Shown here piece by piece: positions 1-8,574 of a stretch of 35,200 nucleotides of DNA. This DNA is from a virus: the UHGV virus genome UHGV-0097760; one strand, 5' to 3'. Numbering within the stretch: the stretch's first letter is position 1; every line of letters begins with the position of its first letter. Position numbers and translations under genes: made by a program. The notes beneath the pieces were generated by a model. That model had not been told where the DNA came from, searched no databases, and worked only from the letters and a program-made list of their open reading frames with translations.

Positions 1-1014
1 TTACTCTACTGTGGACACTGTGTGGACACTCTCGGCCTCAGTACCACCTCTTAGCGGATTAAGAGAAATGGCGTCCTGAAGGTACTCTGGCGCAAAATGA
101 GCGTAAACCATAGTTTGCTCAATCCGCGTGTGACCTAGTATCCGTTGTAGCGTGATAATACTTCCTCCATTAATCATGAAATGAGTGGCAAAGCTGTGCC
201 TTAGTGCATGTGTGGCTTGCCCCGTTGGCAAATCCGGTTTTATTGCTTTCATTGTTCGTCTGAAGCGAGGGTAATCAGCATCAGGGAATAAAAAACCTCG
301 TTTGTTATCCGCGATCATTTTGGCAACAGCCTCTGAGATCGGGACGGTGCGTGGTTTGTTTGTTTTCGTTTTAACAAACGTGACGCGGTTATGGATGATA
401 TTTTCTGCTTTCAAACGAGCTGCTTCTCCCCAACGTGCTCCTGTACTCAGGCAAAGAATCGCAATCTTTTTATTGTCGCCGTCAAGTGCTGCAAGCAGTA
501 AGGCAATTTCTTCCTGTGTGAGATAGCCTGTTTCTGGTTTTTCCTCCTTAAGCCTCTTTGTCCCTCTGATAGGGTGCTCACCAAAGAATAACTCCGCTTC
601 AATCAGGGCTGTAAACATGCCGCTAATACATGTTAAATCACGATTGATACTCGAAGGTTTAATACCCTGACTTCTTCGGGTGGCGCAGTACTGGCTGATA
701 AGGGATTTCGTGATTTGAAATGCGCATGGGTCATTCGTTATTTTTGTGAAGATTTCAATTTTTCCAAGATTAGATTTCCCATGCTCTTCGTGTTTACCCT
801 TTAAATCCCACCAGATCTGTGTCAGTTCCGACAGACGTCGTTTGTCTGTTGGTTTTGATAGCCATTCTTTATTGTGGTGGTTGTACAACGTGTATTTTTC
901 GAAAGCGACAGCTTCGCTTTTCTTATCAAACTTCCTACGGATGCGTTTTCCGTTACGTCCAGTAGGGCGGATGTCCACTTCATATCGACCATCATCGAGT
1001 TTTTTGATTGCCAT
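1..1014 (-). CDS. int: Phage integrase, tyrosine recombinase (P2 Int-like, 337 aa)
   Basis: 337-aa ORF; C-terminal HALRHSFATHF...ILGHTRIEQTMVYAHF tyrosine recombinase motifs; position at prophage end next to C repressor. Confidence 0.9.
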   Translation of the reverse strand: MAIKKLDDGRYEVDIRPTGRNGKRIRRKFDKKSEAVAFEKYTLYNHHNKEWLSKPTDKRRLSELTQIWWDLKGKHEEHGKSNLGKIEIFTKITNDPCAFQITKSLISQYCATRRSQGIKPSSINRDLTCISGMFTALIEAELFFGEHPIRGTKRLKEEKPETGYLTQEEIALLLAALDGDNKKIAILCLSTGARWGEAARLKAENIIHNRVTFVKTKTNKPRTVPISEAVAKMIADNKRGFLFPDADYPRFRRTMKAIKPDLPTGQATHALRHSFATHFMINGGSIITLQRILGHTRIEQTMVYAHFAPEYLQDAISLNPLRGGTEAESVHTVSTVE

Positions 1015-1129
1015 CAGAAAACCCTCCGAGTGGTACTTTTTTTTGCTACTACTAATCGCTTTTTTCGTGGTGGCTGAAATTTAGCCACCAATAGTAGGCA
1101 CTTGTGATGAATATATTCACGATAAATTG

Positions 1130-1429
1130 TTAACCAGTCTTTTGACCGGAGTGGGGCGACGTTGTTTCGTTTTGCCCAAAGTGTGCGAGAGCGGGCGCAA
1201 TTTGCCCGGCTTCTGGAGCTACCTGATCAGTCATGAACCACAAAGTATATTTAGTAAATCTAGGATGTTGTAAGACCTTCATTATGGCTTCAACTCCAGC
1301 GTTTTTTGACCGGCTCTCATAGCTCGAAAGTGAGCTGTAGGCTACACCAGTTAATTCACTGAATTCTTTACGGTTTAACCTTTCAGATTCACGGATTAGC
1401 TTCAACTTCTCCGAAACGTCTATTGACAT
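1130..1429 (-). CDS. C: Immunity repressor C (99 aa); ORF-track N-terminal extension trimmed to ATG at 1427-1429
   Basis: 99 aa from MSIDVSEKLKLIRE..., HTH-like segment, divergent from cox as in P2; length equals P2 C. Confidence 0.8.
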   Translation of the reverse strand: MSIDVSEKLKLIRESERLNRKEFSELTGVAYSSLSSYESRSKNAGVEAIMKVLQHPRFTKYTLWFMTDQVAPEAGQIAPALAHFGQNETTSPHSGQKTG

Positions 1430-1506
1430 AATTACTCCGATTGCGTAATTTCTTGCTGATGGTGTGAAATGTTGTGCTTCTGGAGTTATCCTTTTAGGCA
1501 ATAATT

Positions 1507-1525
1507 AGCCATTAGGAGCCATTAG
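1507..1525. promoter_or_regulatory. Tandem direct repeat AGCCATTAG x2 (10-bp phasing) in the C/cox switch region; candidate repressor operator
   Basis: Two exact 9-bp copies at 1507-1515 and 1517-1525 between the C and cox start codons. Confidence 0.35.
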
Positions 1526-1550
1526 AAGCACTAAGGGAGAATCGTAGCAG

Positions 1551-1826
1551 ATGAATAGACAGCTTGTAAGCGTGACTGATGCCGTGCCTTATCAGGAGTT
1601 TGCAAAACTCATTGGTAAAACTCCAAGAGCTGTAAGGGGCATGATTGAGAAAGGGAAATTACCAGTTATTGAGATTACTGACCCTCAGTCAGTATCGGGG
1701 CGTGCTGGTGAATATTGGGTATACCTTCCGGCATGGAATAACGGACTAAAACTGGCTTATGAAAGTCGTCCTAAAGAGATTCGTGACGGCTGGTTGATGT
1801 GGTTAGGTCTCGGTGAACCACGTTAA
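1551..1826 (+). CDS. cox: Cox (control of excision / Pc repressor), 91 aa
   Basis: 91-aa ORF divergent from C, first gene of early operon; length equals P2 Cox. Confidence 0.85.
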   Translation: MNRQLVSVTDAVPYQEFAKLIGKTPRAVRGMIEKGKLPVIEITDPQSVSGRAGEYWVYLPAWNNGLKLAYESRPKEIRDGWLMWLGLGEPR

Positions 1827-1836
1827 GGAGAACCGT

Positions 1837-2007
1837 ATGAATGAGCCTCGTTGTATTGCTCAGTTATTGCGTAACGAAAGCCCCAGGGCGATTGACTTCA
1901 CCATCACCCACGGTAAGGGGCGTAAGGGAATCATTATCCGCACCAAAAAACAGAGTCCGTTAAAAAAGGTTCTGACCTTTCTGAAAAGCCGGAGGGTCTG
2001 GAAATGA
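1837..2007 (+). CDS. Small early protein (P2 orf78-like); start set at ATG 1837 with AGGAG 7 nt upstream
   Basis: ORF between cox and B; RBS AAGGAG at 1825-1830. Confidence 0.6.
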   Translation: MNEPRCIAQLLRNESPRAIDFTITHGKGRKGIIIRTKKQSPLKKVLTFLKSRRVWK

Positions 2008-2504
2008 CAGTGATGACGCTCAATCTAGTCGAAAAACAGCCAGCAACTATGCGCCGGATAATTGGTAAGCATCTGGCCGTCCCTCGCTGGCAGGAGACAT
2101 GTGATTATTACAATCAGATGATGGAGCGCGAACGGCTAACAGTTTGCTTTCATGCGCAGTTAAAACAACGTCACGCAACGATGCGTTTTGAAGAAATGAA
2201 CGACGTCGAACGTGAACGGCTGGTTTGTGCAATTGATGAACTGCGTGGGGCATTCTCAAAACGCCGTCAGGTCGGTGCAAGTGAGTATGCATATATTAGC
2301 TTTTTAACTGTCAGTCAGCGCCGTACTTTATTTATGCATGCCGGATTGACTGAAAAAGAATTCAACCAGCCATACTGGCGAATTAATGAAGAGTCATGTT
2401 ACTGGCGTGATGCTTTATTCCGTGCATTACGTGAATTATTCAGCCTGTTTGAGTATGCACCGACAATTCTGACGTCGGTAAAACCAGAGCAATATCTGCA
2501 TTAA
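2004..2504 (+). CDS. B: Replication protein B (166 aa), helicase-loader-like
   Basis: 166-aa ORF at the P2 B position; start overlaps upstream stop (ATGA). Confidence 0.8.
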   Translation: MTVMTLNLVEKQPATMRRIIGKHLAVPRWQETCDYYNQMMERERLTVCFHAQLKQRHATMRFEEMNDVERERLVCAIDELRGAFSKRRQVGASEYAYISFLTVSQRRTLFMHAGLTEKEFNQPYWRINEESCYWRDALFRALRELFSLFEYAPTILTSVKPEQYLH

Positions 2505-2567
2505 ATAATTAACCAGAGTTTTTAACGCACTTAATCGTGCGGGGCTTCTTTTTGCCTGGAGAAAGTC

Positions 2568-2792
2568 ATGCATACAGTTTCTGAAAATCAGTGCGGTAAA
2601 TACGCATTACTGCTGCAACAGGCCAGAACCGAAGCACAGGCCGACGCTGCGACGCGCTTTTCTTCTCATCTTGACGCCATGATTCGCCATATCACAAAGG
2701 CGGAGTTATCCCGCGTGGAGATAGTCGAGCTGCTCAGTCAGGAGTCGGAAAAATTTCACAATATCGGATTGTCTCGCGGGGAGGTGCTTTGA
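2568..2792 (+). CDS. Early hypothetical protein (P2 orf80-like, 74 aa)
   Basis: Synteny and length match. Confidence 0.65.
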   Translation: MHTVSENQCGKYALLLQQARTEAQADAATRFSSHLDAMIRHITKAELSRVEIVELLSQESEKFHNIGLSRGEVL

Positions 2793-3091
2793 TGTCCTGC
2801 TCTCATTCAGTTGTATTACTGAATAACGCCTTAAAAATCGCCGTTATGGAAAATGGTGATTTATCTCTTATTCAACTTTGTCTTGATAAAGAAAAACGCG
2901 ACATAACTGAATCTGTTATCGCGATTTATCAGAATGAATTAAACCTCCTGTCTGATGTGGTCAATTTACTTGTTAAACGAGCTGTATTCCACAAGCAAAT
3001 TTCCTCAGTGGATGAAATGACAAAATTAACGACAGAACTTGCCAGTTATTGCGCTGATGTATCCAGGAAACTTAACGATAAAAGGAGCTGA
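2789..3091 (+). CDS. Early hypothetical protein (P2 orf81-like, 100 aa)
   Basis: Synteny and length match; start overlaps upstream stop. Confidence 0.65.
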   Translation: MMSCSHSVVLLNNALKIAVMENGDLSLIQLCLDKEKRDITESVIAIYQNELNLLSDVVNLLVKRAVFHKQISSVDEMTKLTTELASYCADVSRKLNDKRS

Positions 3092-3093
3092 TA

Positions 3094-3318
3094 ATGCCGG
3101 ACAACGTAGATTTTATTCAGGAACAACAGGCTGAATTACTGGAGCGCCAGATTAACGCGGCAAGGGTAAAACATTGCGGTGCTTCTGCGCTGGTTTGCGA
3201 AGAGTGTGACGCGCCAATACCTGCTGCCCGTCGTGCGGCTTATCCGTCAGCCACGCGTTGTGTTTCCTGCCAGTCAGTCTTTGAAGCAAAAAACAAACAT
3301 TACCGGAGAACGGCATGA
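3094..3318 (+). CDS. TraR/DksA-type C4 zinc-finger protein (P2 orf82-like, 74 aa)
   Basis: CxxC...CxxC pattern (CEECDAPIPAARRAAYPSATRCVSCQ) typical of TraR/DksA family. Confidence 0.7.
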   Translation: MPDNVDFIQEQQAELLERQINAARVKHCGASALVCEECDAPIPAARRAAYPSATRCVSCQSVFEAKNKHYRRTA

Positions 3319-3590
3319 GTATTCGTATTGAAATTGGCGAACGTTATGTCGTTACCAGTGACAGCTTTCAGTTTATTCTTCACGAGAAAAAGAGAGCGGA
3401 AAGCGGTAAAAACGCCGGTCAGGAATGGCTGGCGGTGGTTGGTTATTATCCGAAATTAAGCCAGCTCGTTTCCGGCCTGATGCATCACGATATTCTGACC
3501 GGAAGCGCAAAGTCTTTTGCTGATTTAAACGCGCAGGTTGAGCAACTCAGCAAGCGTTGTTCAGAGGCTTTTGGCTCATATGGCCGTTAA
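3315..3590 (+). CDS. Early hypothetical protein (P2 orf83-like, 91 aa)
   Basis: Synteny and length match. Confidence 0.65.
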   Translation: MSIRIEIGERYVVTSDSFQFILHEKKRAESGKNAGQEWLAVVGYYPKLSQLVSGLMHHDILTGSAKSFADLNAQVEQLSKRCSEAFGSYGR

Positions 3591-5859
3591 AGCCTCCGGG
3601 CATTTTGTCCCTCCGTCAGCATTTGCTGCAGGCACCGGTAAGGCGTTTACCGGTGCTTATGCATGGAACGCGCCACGCGAGGCTGTCGGGCGCGAAAGAC
3701 CCCTTACACGTGACGAGATGCGTCAGGTGCAAGGTGTTTTATCCACGATTAACCGCCTGCCTTACTTTTTGCGCTCGCTGTTTACGTCACGCTATGACTA
3801 CATCCGGCGCAATAAAAGCCCGGTGCACGGGTTTTATTTCCTCACATCCACTTTTCAGCGTCGTTTATGGCCGCGCATTGAGCGTGTGAATCAGCGCCAT
3901 GAAATGAACACCGACGCGTCGATGCTGTTTCTGGCTGAGCGTGACCACTATGCGCGCCTGCCGGGAATGAATGACAAGGAGCTGAAAAAGTTTGCCGCCC
4001 GTATCTCATCGCAGCTTTTCATGATGTATGAGGAACTCAGCGATGCCTGGGTGGATGCGCATGGCGAAAAAGAATCGCTGTTTACGGATGAGGCGCAGGC
4101 TCACCTCTATGGTCATGTTGCTGGCGCTGCACGTGCTTTCAATATTTCCCCTCTCTACTGGAAAAAATACCGTAAAGGACAGATGACCACGAGGCAGGCA
4201 TATTCTGCCATTGCCCGTCTGTTTAACGATGAGTGGTGGATTAGTCAGCTTAAAGGCCAGCGTATGCGCTGGCATGAGGCGTTACTGATTGCTGTCGGGG
4301 AGGTCAATAAAGACCGTTCTCCTTATGCCAGTAAACATGCCATTCGTGATGTGCGTGCACGCCGCCAGGCAAATCTGGAATTTCTAAAATCGTGTGATCT
4401 CGAAAACAGGGAAACAGGCGAGCGCATCGACCTTATCAGTAAGGTGATGGGCAGTATTTCTAATCCTGAAATTCGCCGGATGGAGCTGATGAACACCATT
4501 GCCGGTATTGAGCGTTACGCCGCCGCAGAAGGTGATGTGGGGATGTTTATCACGCTGACCGCGCCGTCAAAGTATCACCCGACACGTCAGGTTGGAAAAG
4601 GCGAAAGTAAAACCGTCCAGCTAAATCACGGCTGGAACGATGAGGCATTTAATCCAAAGGATGCGCAGCGTTATCTCTGCCGTATCTGGAGCCTGATGCG
4701 CACGGCATTCAAGGATAATGATTTACAGGTCTACGGTTTGCGAGTCGTCGAGCCACACCACGACGGAACGCCGCACTGGCATATGATGCTTTTTTGTAAT
4801 CCACGCCAGCGTAACCAGATTATCGAAATCATGCGTCGCTACGCGCTCAAAGAGGATGGCGACGAAAGAGGAGCTGCGCGAAACCGTTTTCAGGCAAAAC
4901 ATCTTAATCGGGGCGGTGCTGCGGGGTATATCGCGAAATACATCTCAAAAAATATCGACGGCTATGCACTGGATGGGCAGCTCGATAACGATACCGGCAG
5001 ACCGCTGAAAGATACTGCCGCGGCTGTTACCGCATGGGCGTCAACGTGGCGCATTCCGCAATTTAAAACGGTTGGCCTGCCGACAATGGGGGCTTACCGT
5101 GAACTACGCAAATTGCCTCGCGGCGTCAGCATTGCTGATGAGTTTGACGAGCGCGTCGAGGCTGCACGCGCCGCCGCAGACAGTGGTGATTTTGCGCTGT
5201 ATATCAGCGCGCAGGGTGGGGCAAATGTCCCGCGCGATTGTCAGACTGTCAGGGTCGCCCGTAGTCCGTCGGATGAAGTTAACGAGTACGAGGAAGAAGT
5301 CGAGAGAGTGGTCGGCATTTACGCGCCGCATCTCGGCGCGCGTCATATTCATATCACCAGAACGACGGACTGGCGCATTGTTCCGAAAGTGCCGGTCGTT
5401 GAGCCTTTGACTTTAAAAAGCGGCATCGCCGCGCCTCGGAGTCCTGTCAATAACTGTGGAAAGCTCACCGGCGGTAATACTTCGTTACCGGCTCCCACGC
5501 CTTCTGAACACGCCGCAGCCGTGCTTAATCTGGCTGATGACGGTGTTATCGAATGGAATGACCCGGATGTCGTGAGGGCGCTCAGGGGCGCATTAAAACA
5601 CGGGCTGAGAACGCCAAATCGTCAACAAAGAAACGGAAGCCCGTTAAAACCGCATGAAATTGCACCATCGGCCAGACTGAGCCGGTCTGAACGATTGCAA
5701 ATCACCCGTATCCGCGTTGACCTTGCTCAGAACGGTATCAGGCCGCAGCGATGGGAGCTTGAGGCGCTGGCGCGTGGCGCGACCGTAAATTATGACGGGA
5801 AAAAATTCACGTATCCGGTCGCTGATGAGTGGCCGGGATTCTGGCATCAATTTGAGTAA
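3580..5859 (+). CDS. A: Replication initiation endonuclease A (rolling-circle initiator); start set at ATG 3580, the ORF-track start at 3538 is a TTG extension
   Basis: 759-aa ORF in A position; HUH-like motif context HHDGTPHWHMMLF and catalytic-Tyr region YIAKYISKN. Confidence 0.85.
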   Translation: MAVKASGHFVPPSAFAAGTGKAFTGAYAWNAPREAVGRERPLTRDEMRQVQGVLSTINRLPYFLRSLFTSRYDYIRRNKSPVHGFYFLTSTFQRRLWPRIERVNQRHEMNTDASMLFLAERDHYARLPGMNDKELKKFAARISSQLFMMYEELSDAWVDAHGEKESLFTDEAQAHLYGHVAGAARAFNISPLYWKKYRKGQMTTRQAYSAIARLFNDEWWISQLKGQRMRWHEALLIAVGEVNKDRSPYASKHAIRDVRARRQANLEFLKSCDLENRETGERIDLISKVMGSISNPEIRRMELMNTIAGIERYAAAEGDVGMFITLTAPSKYHPTRQVGKGESKTVQLNHGWNDEAFNPKDAQRYLCRIWSLMRTAFKDNDLQVYGLRVVEPHHDGTPHWHMMLFCNPRQRNQIIEIMRRYALKEDGDERGAARNRFQAKHLNRGGAAGYIAKYISKNIDGYALDGQLDNDTGRPLKDTAAAVTAWASTWRIPQFKTVGLPTMGAYRELRKLPRGVSIADEFDERVEAARAAADSGDFALYISAQGGANVPRDCQTVRVARSPSDEVNEYEEEVERVVGIYAPHLGARHIHITRTTDWRIVPKVPVVEPLTLKSGIAAPRSPVNNCGKLTGGNTSLPAPTPSEHAAAVLNLADDGVIEWNDPDVVRALRGALKHGLRTPNRQQRNGSPLKPHEIAPSARLSRSERLQITRIRVDLAQNGIRPQRWELEALARGATVNYDGKKFTYPVADEWPGFWHQFE

Positions 5860-5888
5860 TGATCTCATCTATACAGTATTAAGCAGTT

Positions 5889-5958
5889 TTGACTGTAATT
5901 GATTGTTTTTTATATGGTTGCATGCATTAAATCTACGTCAATATCATTATGTTATAAT
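5889..5958 (+). promoter_or_regulatory. Candidate sigma70 promoter(s) for the cargo-locus-1 operon
   Basis: TTGACT (5889-5894) followed 16 nt later by TATATG; and extended -10 TGTTATAAT (5950-5958) about 30 nt upstream of the ATG at 5987. Confidence 0.35.
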
Positions 5959-5986
5959 GCATTACTTAAAAATGTTGGAGACAAAA

Positions 5987-6178
5987 ATGTTAAAGCCTGC
6001 AGATGTTGTTTGTTTGAAAAGCGGTGGATTTAAAATGACTGTATCTGACTCTACTGAGACTCATGCTAAATGTATTTGGCATGATAAAGAAGGAGTTTTG
6101 CACGAGGAGTCATTCTCCATTGATTTACTGGAAATAGCAGAGAGTAAAAGTGGTATGCTGTGTCGTCCACGTAAGTGA
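5987..6178 (+). CDS. Small DUF2158/YodC-like protein (P2 orf91 position); the alternative TTG start at 5903 would give 91 aa
   Basis: DVVCLKSGGFKMTV motif typical of YodC/DUF2158 small proteins; GGAG RBS at 5977-5980. Confidence 0.6.
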   Translation: MLKPADVVCLKSGGFKMTVSDSTETHAKCIWHDKEGVLHEESFSIDLLEIAESKSGMLCRPRK

Positions 6179-6205
6179 ATCACAATAAAATTCACGGGGG
6201 AAAGT

Positions 6206-6886
6206 ATGAAACAATACAGCGAATTAGAAAACAATGTTAAGAGATTCATTGTTGAGCATGAAAAAGGGATTTCTATTGATGATATTCATCATAAGTTCCG
6301 GATGAAGGATGGTCAGAATCGCAAGATGGCAGATTATCTTATTGATAATAAAAAGATAATTTTGGAGATGAAAAGTCTTTTTTCTGACAGGGTCAAGAAT
6401 GTCAATGATAAATTGAATGAGTTGGTTAAAACTGATAGTTGGCTTGCAAAAAACTGGCATGGTGCTATTCATTTAGAAGAGTTGATAAAAAGACACCCAG
6501 ACTCAAAGCGATTTAGAAATGATATAATGAACTTTGCTTATGAAAATATTAAAACAAAGGTAGTTAAAGAAGCTAATAAGCAAATAAATGCAACAAAGGA
6601 TGTTTTGGATTTAAATGACTCGATTGGCGGATTGATTTTGTTAAATGATAATGTCTTTTCACATGAGTTTAATTATTTGTCAGATGAAATATTATATTTG
6701 CTAGGCACAAAGAGATATTCGAGTGTTGAGTTTGTGGTTTATATTGCAAAATTGATTGATAAACAGGTTGATGTTTGTGTGCTACTTGACAGTCAATCTA
6801 AAAATAAAAATTATATTGAATGGTATATGAATAATGTTTTTTTGTTGAACTGGGCGTCTTTTAATAAATATGCAATAAAGATGTAG
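6206..6886 (+). CDS. Hypothetical protein, 226 aa, AT-rich cargo gene at the P2 tin position; function unknown
   Basis: Clean ORF with RBS GGGGGA upstream, 27 nt after the DUF2158 gene; no motif recognised by eye. Confidence 0.6.
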   Translation: MKQYSELENNVKRFIVEHEKGISIDDIHHKFRMKDGQNRKMADYLIDNKKIILEMKSLFSDRVKNVNDKLNELVKTDSWLAKNWHGAIHLEELIKRHPDSKRFRNDIMNFAYENIKTKVVKEANKQINATKDVLDLNDSIGGLILLNDNVFSHEFNYLSDEILYLLGTKRYSSVEFVVYIAKLIDKQVDVCVLLDSQSKNKNYIEWYMNNVFLLNWASFNKYAIKM

Positions 6887-6980
6887 TGGTGTGGATGGAT
6901 ATGAAATGAGTCAACCAAGATGCACCTTGGTCAGTAATCTCATGTGAGATACCACATATAACACCAAAAGTGTCAGGTTG

Positions 6981-7133
6981 ATGGCCATTGTTCACCGTTT
7001 ACAGCAGATTATGGTCAACGAAAATCTGACGCCCGATGAGCTAGTCGGGTGTGCCGAAATAGTCAGGGATAATTACGAACAGCTTAACTATATCGGTCAG
7101 TCCAGCCTTGCGCCGCCACCACGCAGACGATAG
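6981..7133 (+). CDS. Short ORF (50 aa from ATG), possibly a gene remnant, ending 4 nt before a hairpin
   Basis: Below the ORF-track cut-off; found by manual translation; GC content higher than the flanking cargo. Confidence 0.25.
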   Translation: MAIVHRLQQIMVNENLTPDELVGCAEIVRDNYEQLNYIGQSSLAPPPRRR

Positions 7134-7137
7134 AGAA

Positions 7138-7176
7138 CCCCGCCAGCAATGAAACATGTTTTCAGTGCTGGCGGGG
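7138..7176. terminator. Hairpin between convergent genes (11-bp perfect stem CCCCGCCAGCA / TGCTGGCGGGG)
   Basis: Perfect inverted repeat with 17-nt loop; weak T-tract, so bidirectional terminator function is inferred. Confidence 0.5.
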
Positions 7177-7206
7177 TTGAACAACGAACGAAGTGAGGCG
7201 TTAGCA

Positions 7207-8148
7207 TTAAGTTAATTTTAATGAATGGTACTCTCGTGAGTTGACCGAAGATTTGAGATAACCGCAATCATTAACCGACAGTATTGCCGCTAATAGGCGA
7301 CAAACGAGTTTCTGCATTTGCAGTAATATATCGTTACCATATTGATTGTTGTTAACACTGGAAAAACCAAGTGGTTGGCCAAAAAAAATAGCCTCATGAA
7401 AATTATCATTGCGGATGCCAGAAATGTTTTTTTTGCCTGATACCCATGTGGGGATTGATAACCCATAAATTCTGCACATCCACTTTAATCGCTTGGAATG
7501 ATTTGGCTGGGTTTTATCAGGAGCCTTGTCATGCTCAGCCCACGATAAAGCAAAGCAACCATCAAGTGCCATGTAAAGGTACTGGAATTTTTCAAAAGGA
7601 AGGTATTGTGGGTTTTGAGATAAGAATAGCGCATGCACCACTGCCGCAATTCTTTTGGGGGAGTGCGCATCCTTTTGTTTGTTAGTTATATAATTAAGAG
7701 CCAGTTCTATGACTTCTTTTTCAGAGCATCCAACGAGAATAAAATCGGTTAACTTAGTGGGCTTGATAGTGGTTGCATCAAGAAAACCAGCGTCAGTGGT
7801 TGTCAATCTTATACCCTTGAAAAAAGAGAGGCACCACACAACAAAGTTGAGAGTTTCTAACGAGGATGTGTTTTTTAATTTTAGTGTGTGCGTTTTGGGC
7901 ATGCCGAATACTCGGTAACTATAAGGCATTGTGCATGAGTCACCATTAAGGTTATATACCTTTCGATTCCCAGGGTATATCCAACCATTAACAACGTTTT
8001 TATCATTGTTAATACGTTCCACTTTCTCAATAAGACCGGGTAAAGTACGCAAAGAAAATTGTTCAGTCTCAATGTTAACTTCTACTGGATAGTATCCAAA
8101 CTCCGAAATAATCTCATTTGGTTGCTGTTCGTCAACTTCGCCTTGCAT
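7207..8148 (-). CDS. Hypothetical protein, 313 aa, AT-rich cargo gene adjacent to cos; possible HEPN-type (RNxxxH) nuclease motif
   Basis: Minus-strand ORF; motif GIRNDNFHEA near C-terminus matches the Rx4H HEPN signature; otherwise unrecognised. Confidence 0.6.
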   Translation of the reverse strand: MQGEVDEQQPNEIISEFGYYPVEVNIETEQFSLRTLPGLIEKVERINNDKNVVNGWIYPGNRKVYNLNGDSCTMPYSYRVFGMPKTHTLKLKNTSSLETLNFVVWCLSFFKGIRLTTTDAGFLDATTIKPTKLTDFILVGCSEKEVIELALNYITNKQKDAHSPKRIAAVVHALFLSQNPQYLPFEKFQYLYMALDGCFALSWAEHDKAPDKTQPNHSKRLKWMCRIYGLSIPTWVSGKKNISGIRNDNFHEAIFFGQPLGFSSVNNNQYGNDILLQMQKLVCRLLAAILSVNDCGYLKSSVNSREYHSLKLT

Positions 8149-8384
8149 AACTTTCTCCGTTCAAAAACAGGCACGATAATTCTCGTAAGCCTATCATGTT
8201 CGCAAAGTATCCATACCTGTGGATTTTGTAAATTTAAGTTGGTTTGTCATTAAATAAGCCGTTGCATGCAACAAGTGAATGTTTTTGCATGCGTCGGGGA
8301 TGTCCGTTCAGGCTGCGTGCGGTCAGGACTGGTGCGGATCCATAGTATCTATGCAACTGCATTAAAACCGCCCCATGAAGCGGG

Positions 8385-8403
8385 CGGGCGAGGCGGGGAA
8401 AGC
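8385..8403. other. cos site (P2-type 19-nt cohesive end GGCGAGGCGGGGAAAGCAC)
   Basis: Exact match to the P2 cohesive-end sequence as I recall it, in the expected position upstream of the portal gene Q. Confidence 0.75.
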
Positions 8404-8574
8404 ACTGCGCGCTGGCGGTGGTGCTGATTTTATTTTTTCAGCGTCTGAGCGCGTCGTGAAGGCGTTTACTTGGCCTGCTGGGGCGTTGGTGTGTCTGCGG
8501 GATTTTTTGTGCGGTGATGAGCGTGTGAGGGCGTGATGACGGGGTGTAAAAAAGCCGCCCGCAGGCGGCGATGT

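Noticed and set aside
1068-1088. Hairpin GGTGGCT-GAAATTT-AGCCACC between int and C as a terminator
   Set aside because: No U-tract on either strand; more likely a regulatory structure or protein-binding palindrome, and I cannot support a specific role
5900-8300. Presence of P2 tin and old homologues in cargo locus 1
   Set aside because: No 586-aa OLD-type ATPase is encoded here and the strand arrangement differs from P2; the 226-aa protein could be Tin-like but I cannot recognise it, so it is reported as unknown rather than called tin
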